IMG/VR virus record: IMGVR_UViG_3300033182_000318
Span: 1-56,842 of that record
Length of the DNA stretch: 56,842 bases
Direction: 5' to 3' (one strand)
From: a virus
Lineage: Duplodnaviria > Caudoviricetes
The notes under the pieces are model-generated. The model was not told the DNA's origin and did not search any database. It worked only from the letters and a program-made list of their open reading frames with translations. The position numbers and the translations under genes were made by a program. The number at the start of each line of letters is the position of its first letter. Positions within the stretch are counted from its first letter, which is position 1. Shown here piece by piece: positions 55,795 to 56,842 of this stretch.

Positions 55795-56838
55795 CTAACT
55801 AAATGTAATGTTTCCTGTTCCTGCTGTAAAAGTTACTATTGTATCTGAACCATCTGTAGTAGTTGATGAAGTTAAACCTGCACCAACTGAAATAGTTGCA
55901 TCTGCTGTAGGAAATCTTAGTATGACTACACCACTACCACCATTTGCACCATTAACGCTTTGTTTACTTCCACCACCACCACCACCAGTGTTAGCTGTAC
56001 CAGCAGTTCCTCCAGAACTAGAGCTTCCAGCACCACCTCCACCTGTGCCTCCACTTCCTGCTGTTCCACCAGATGGATATGTTCCACCACCTCCACCACC
56101 ACCTCTAGTTACACTAGAACCTGTAATTGAAGAAGCTAAACCATTTCCACCATTTCCTGCTGTTGAACCTCCAGAACCTGCACCACCTGTTGCACCTGCA
56201 CCACCTCCACCACCTGCTGGGTAATTAGGAGCAGAAGCAGAATTAACACCACCATTACTACCTTGTCCACTTAAACCATTTCCAGATATTTGTGTTCCAG
56301 CACCCCAAGAACCAGCACCACCTCCAGAGCCACCTTTAAATCCTTCTGGTCCTAAACCAGAGTTAGAACCTGGTTTACCACCACCATAACTTATAATATC
56401 AAAAAATACACTATCACTACCAAAGTTACCATTTGTACTAGCACCTGCTCCTCCACCACCTACTGTTACTGTATAATTAGTTGAAGTTGCAATATAAGCA
56501 TTTACTTCGCTTGTTGAATTACCACCAGATGTTTCAGTAGAATAAGAGTTTCTATAACCACCAGCTCCACCTCCACCACCACCATTTCCACCACCAGAAG
56601 CACCACCTGCAACGACAAGATAGTCTATTGAAATTAAATCTAAACCACCTAAATCTTCCCAAGCAGAACCTGTATATACTTGAACCTTACTGTCTGTAGT
56701 ATTGTATATCATATCCCCAGCAACTGATGTAAGTGCATCTCTTTGTGTTGTGGTGTATGACTTTAATCCAAGTGCATTATCTATAGCTACATTGTTTTGG
56801 TCATTTGTTGAAATCTTATTTGTTTTTAATTCACTCAT
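55795..56838 (-). CDS. Glycine-rich domain virion protein
   Basis: Paralog with the same architecture. Confidence 0.75.
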   Translation of the reverse strand: MSELKTNKISTNDQNNVAIDNALGLKSYTTTQRDALTSVAGDMIYNTTDSKVQVYTGSAWEDLGGLDLISIDYLVVAGGASGGGNGGGGGGAGGYRNSYSTETSGGNSTSEVNAYIATSTNYTVTVGGGGAGASTNGNFGSDSVFFDIISYGGGKPGSNSGLGPEGFKGGSGGGAGSWGAGTQISGNGLSGQGSNGGVNSASAPNYPAGGGGGAGATGGAGSGGSTAGNGGNGLASSITGSSVTRGGGGGGGTYPSGGTAGSGGTGGGGAGSSSSGGTAGTANTGGGGGGSKQSVNGANGGSGVVILRFPTADATISVGAGLTSSTTTDGSDTIVTFTAGTGNITFS

Positions 56839-56842
56839 ATTA

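Noticed and set aside
584-56224. Antisense and alternate-frame ORFs in the track (e.g. 584-850, 4625-4936, 9600-9995, 18488-18973, 31482-31769, 53266-53763, 55808-56224)
   Set aside because: Shadows of well-supported genes or of the structured region; low-complexity mirror translations with no motifs
51685-56838. Diversity-generating retroelement or shufflon acting on the glycine-rich genes
   Set aside because: No reverse transcriptase or invertase, and no adenine-specific TR/VR pair seen
1-56842. Prophage / temperate lifestyle
   Set aside because: No recognisable integrase, ParA, repressor module or flanking host genes

Overview
Probably a complete (circularly closable) ~56.8 kb, low-GC, long-tailed (siphovirus-like) dsDNA phage genome. 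WhiB, an MSMEG_6728-type glycosylase, an r1t-type holin and leaderless TANNNT promoters suggest an actinobacterial host; the low GC and marine-type virion genes suggest an aquatic one such as Actinomarina (inference). Most genes are on the minus strand: tail, head, portal, primase/DnaB, TerL, ParB-fusion, WhiB, resolvase, RecA, DnaE, SSB and a glycine-rich paralog array. I saw no integrase. The most unusual part is a + strand, early-type island at ~30.6-37.4 kb between terL and a terS-like gene. It is tiled about every 60 bp with a GAGGAC-type hexamer (~100 copies by eye, also inside CDSs). It opens with a ~540-nt hairpin-dense non-coding segment. Its gene blocks, including a MoxR AAA/VWA pair, are each bracketed by their own non-crossing long-range inverted repeats. 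A perfect Rex-type operator lies upstream. Elsewhere there is a 77-nt tmRNA-TLD-only RNA with its own promoter, a -1 frameshift tail chaperone, a stand-alone JAB protein and a SET-domain gene. All calls are by-eye motif recognition; no searches were run.
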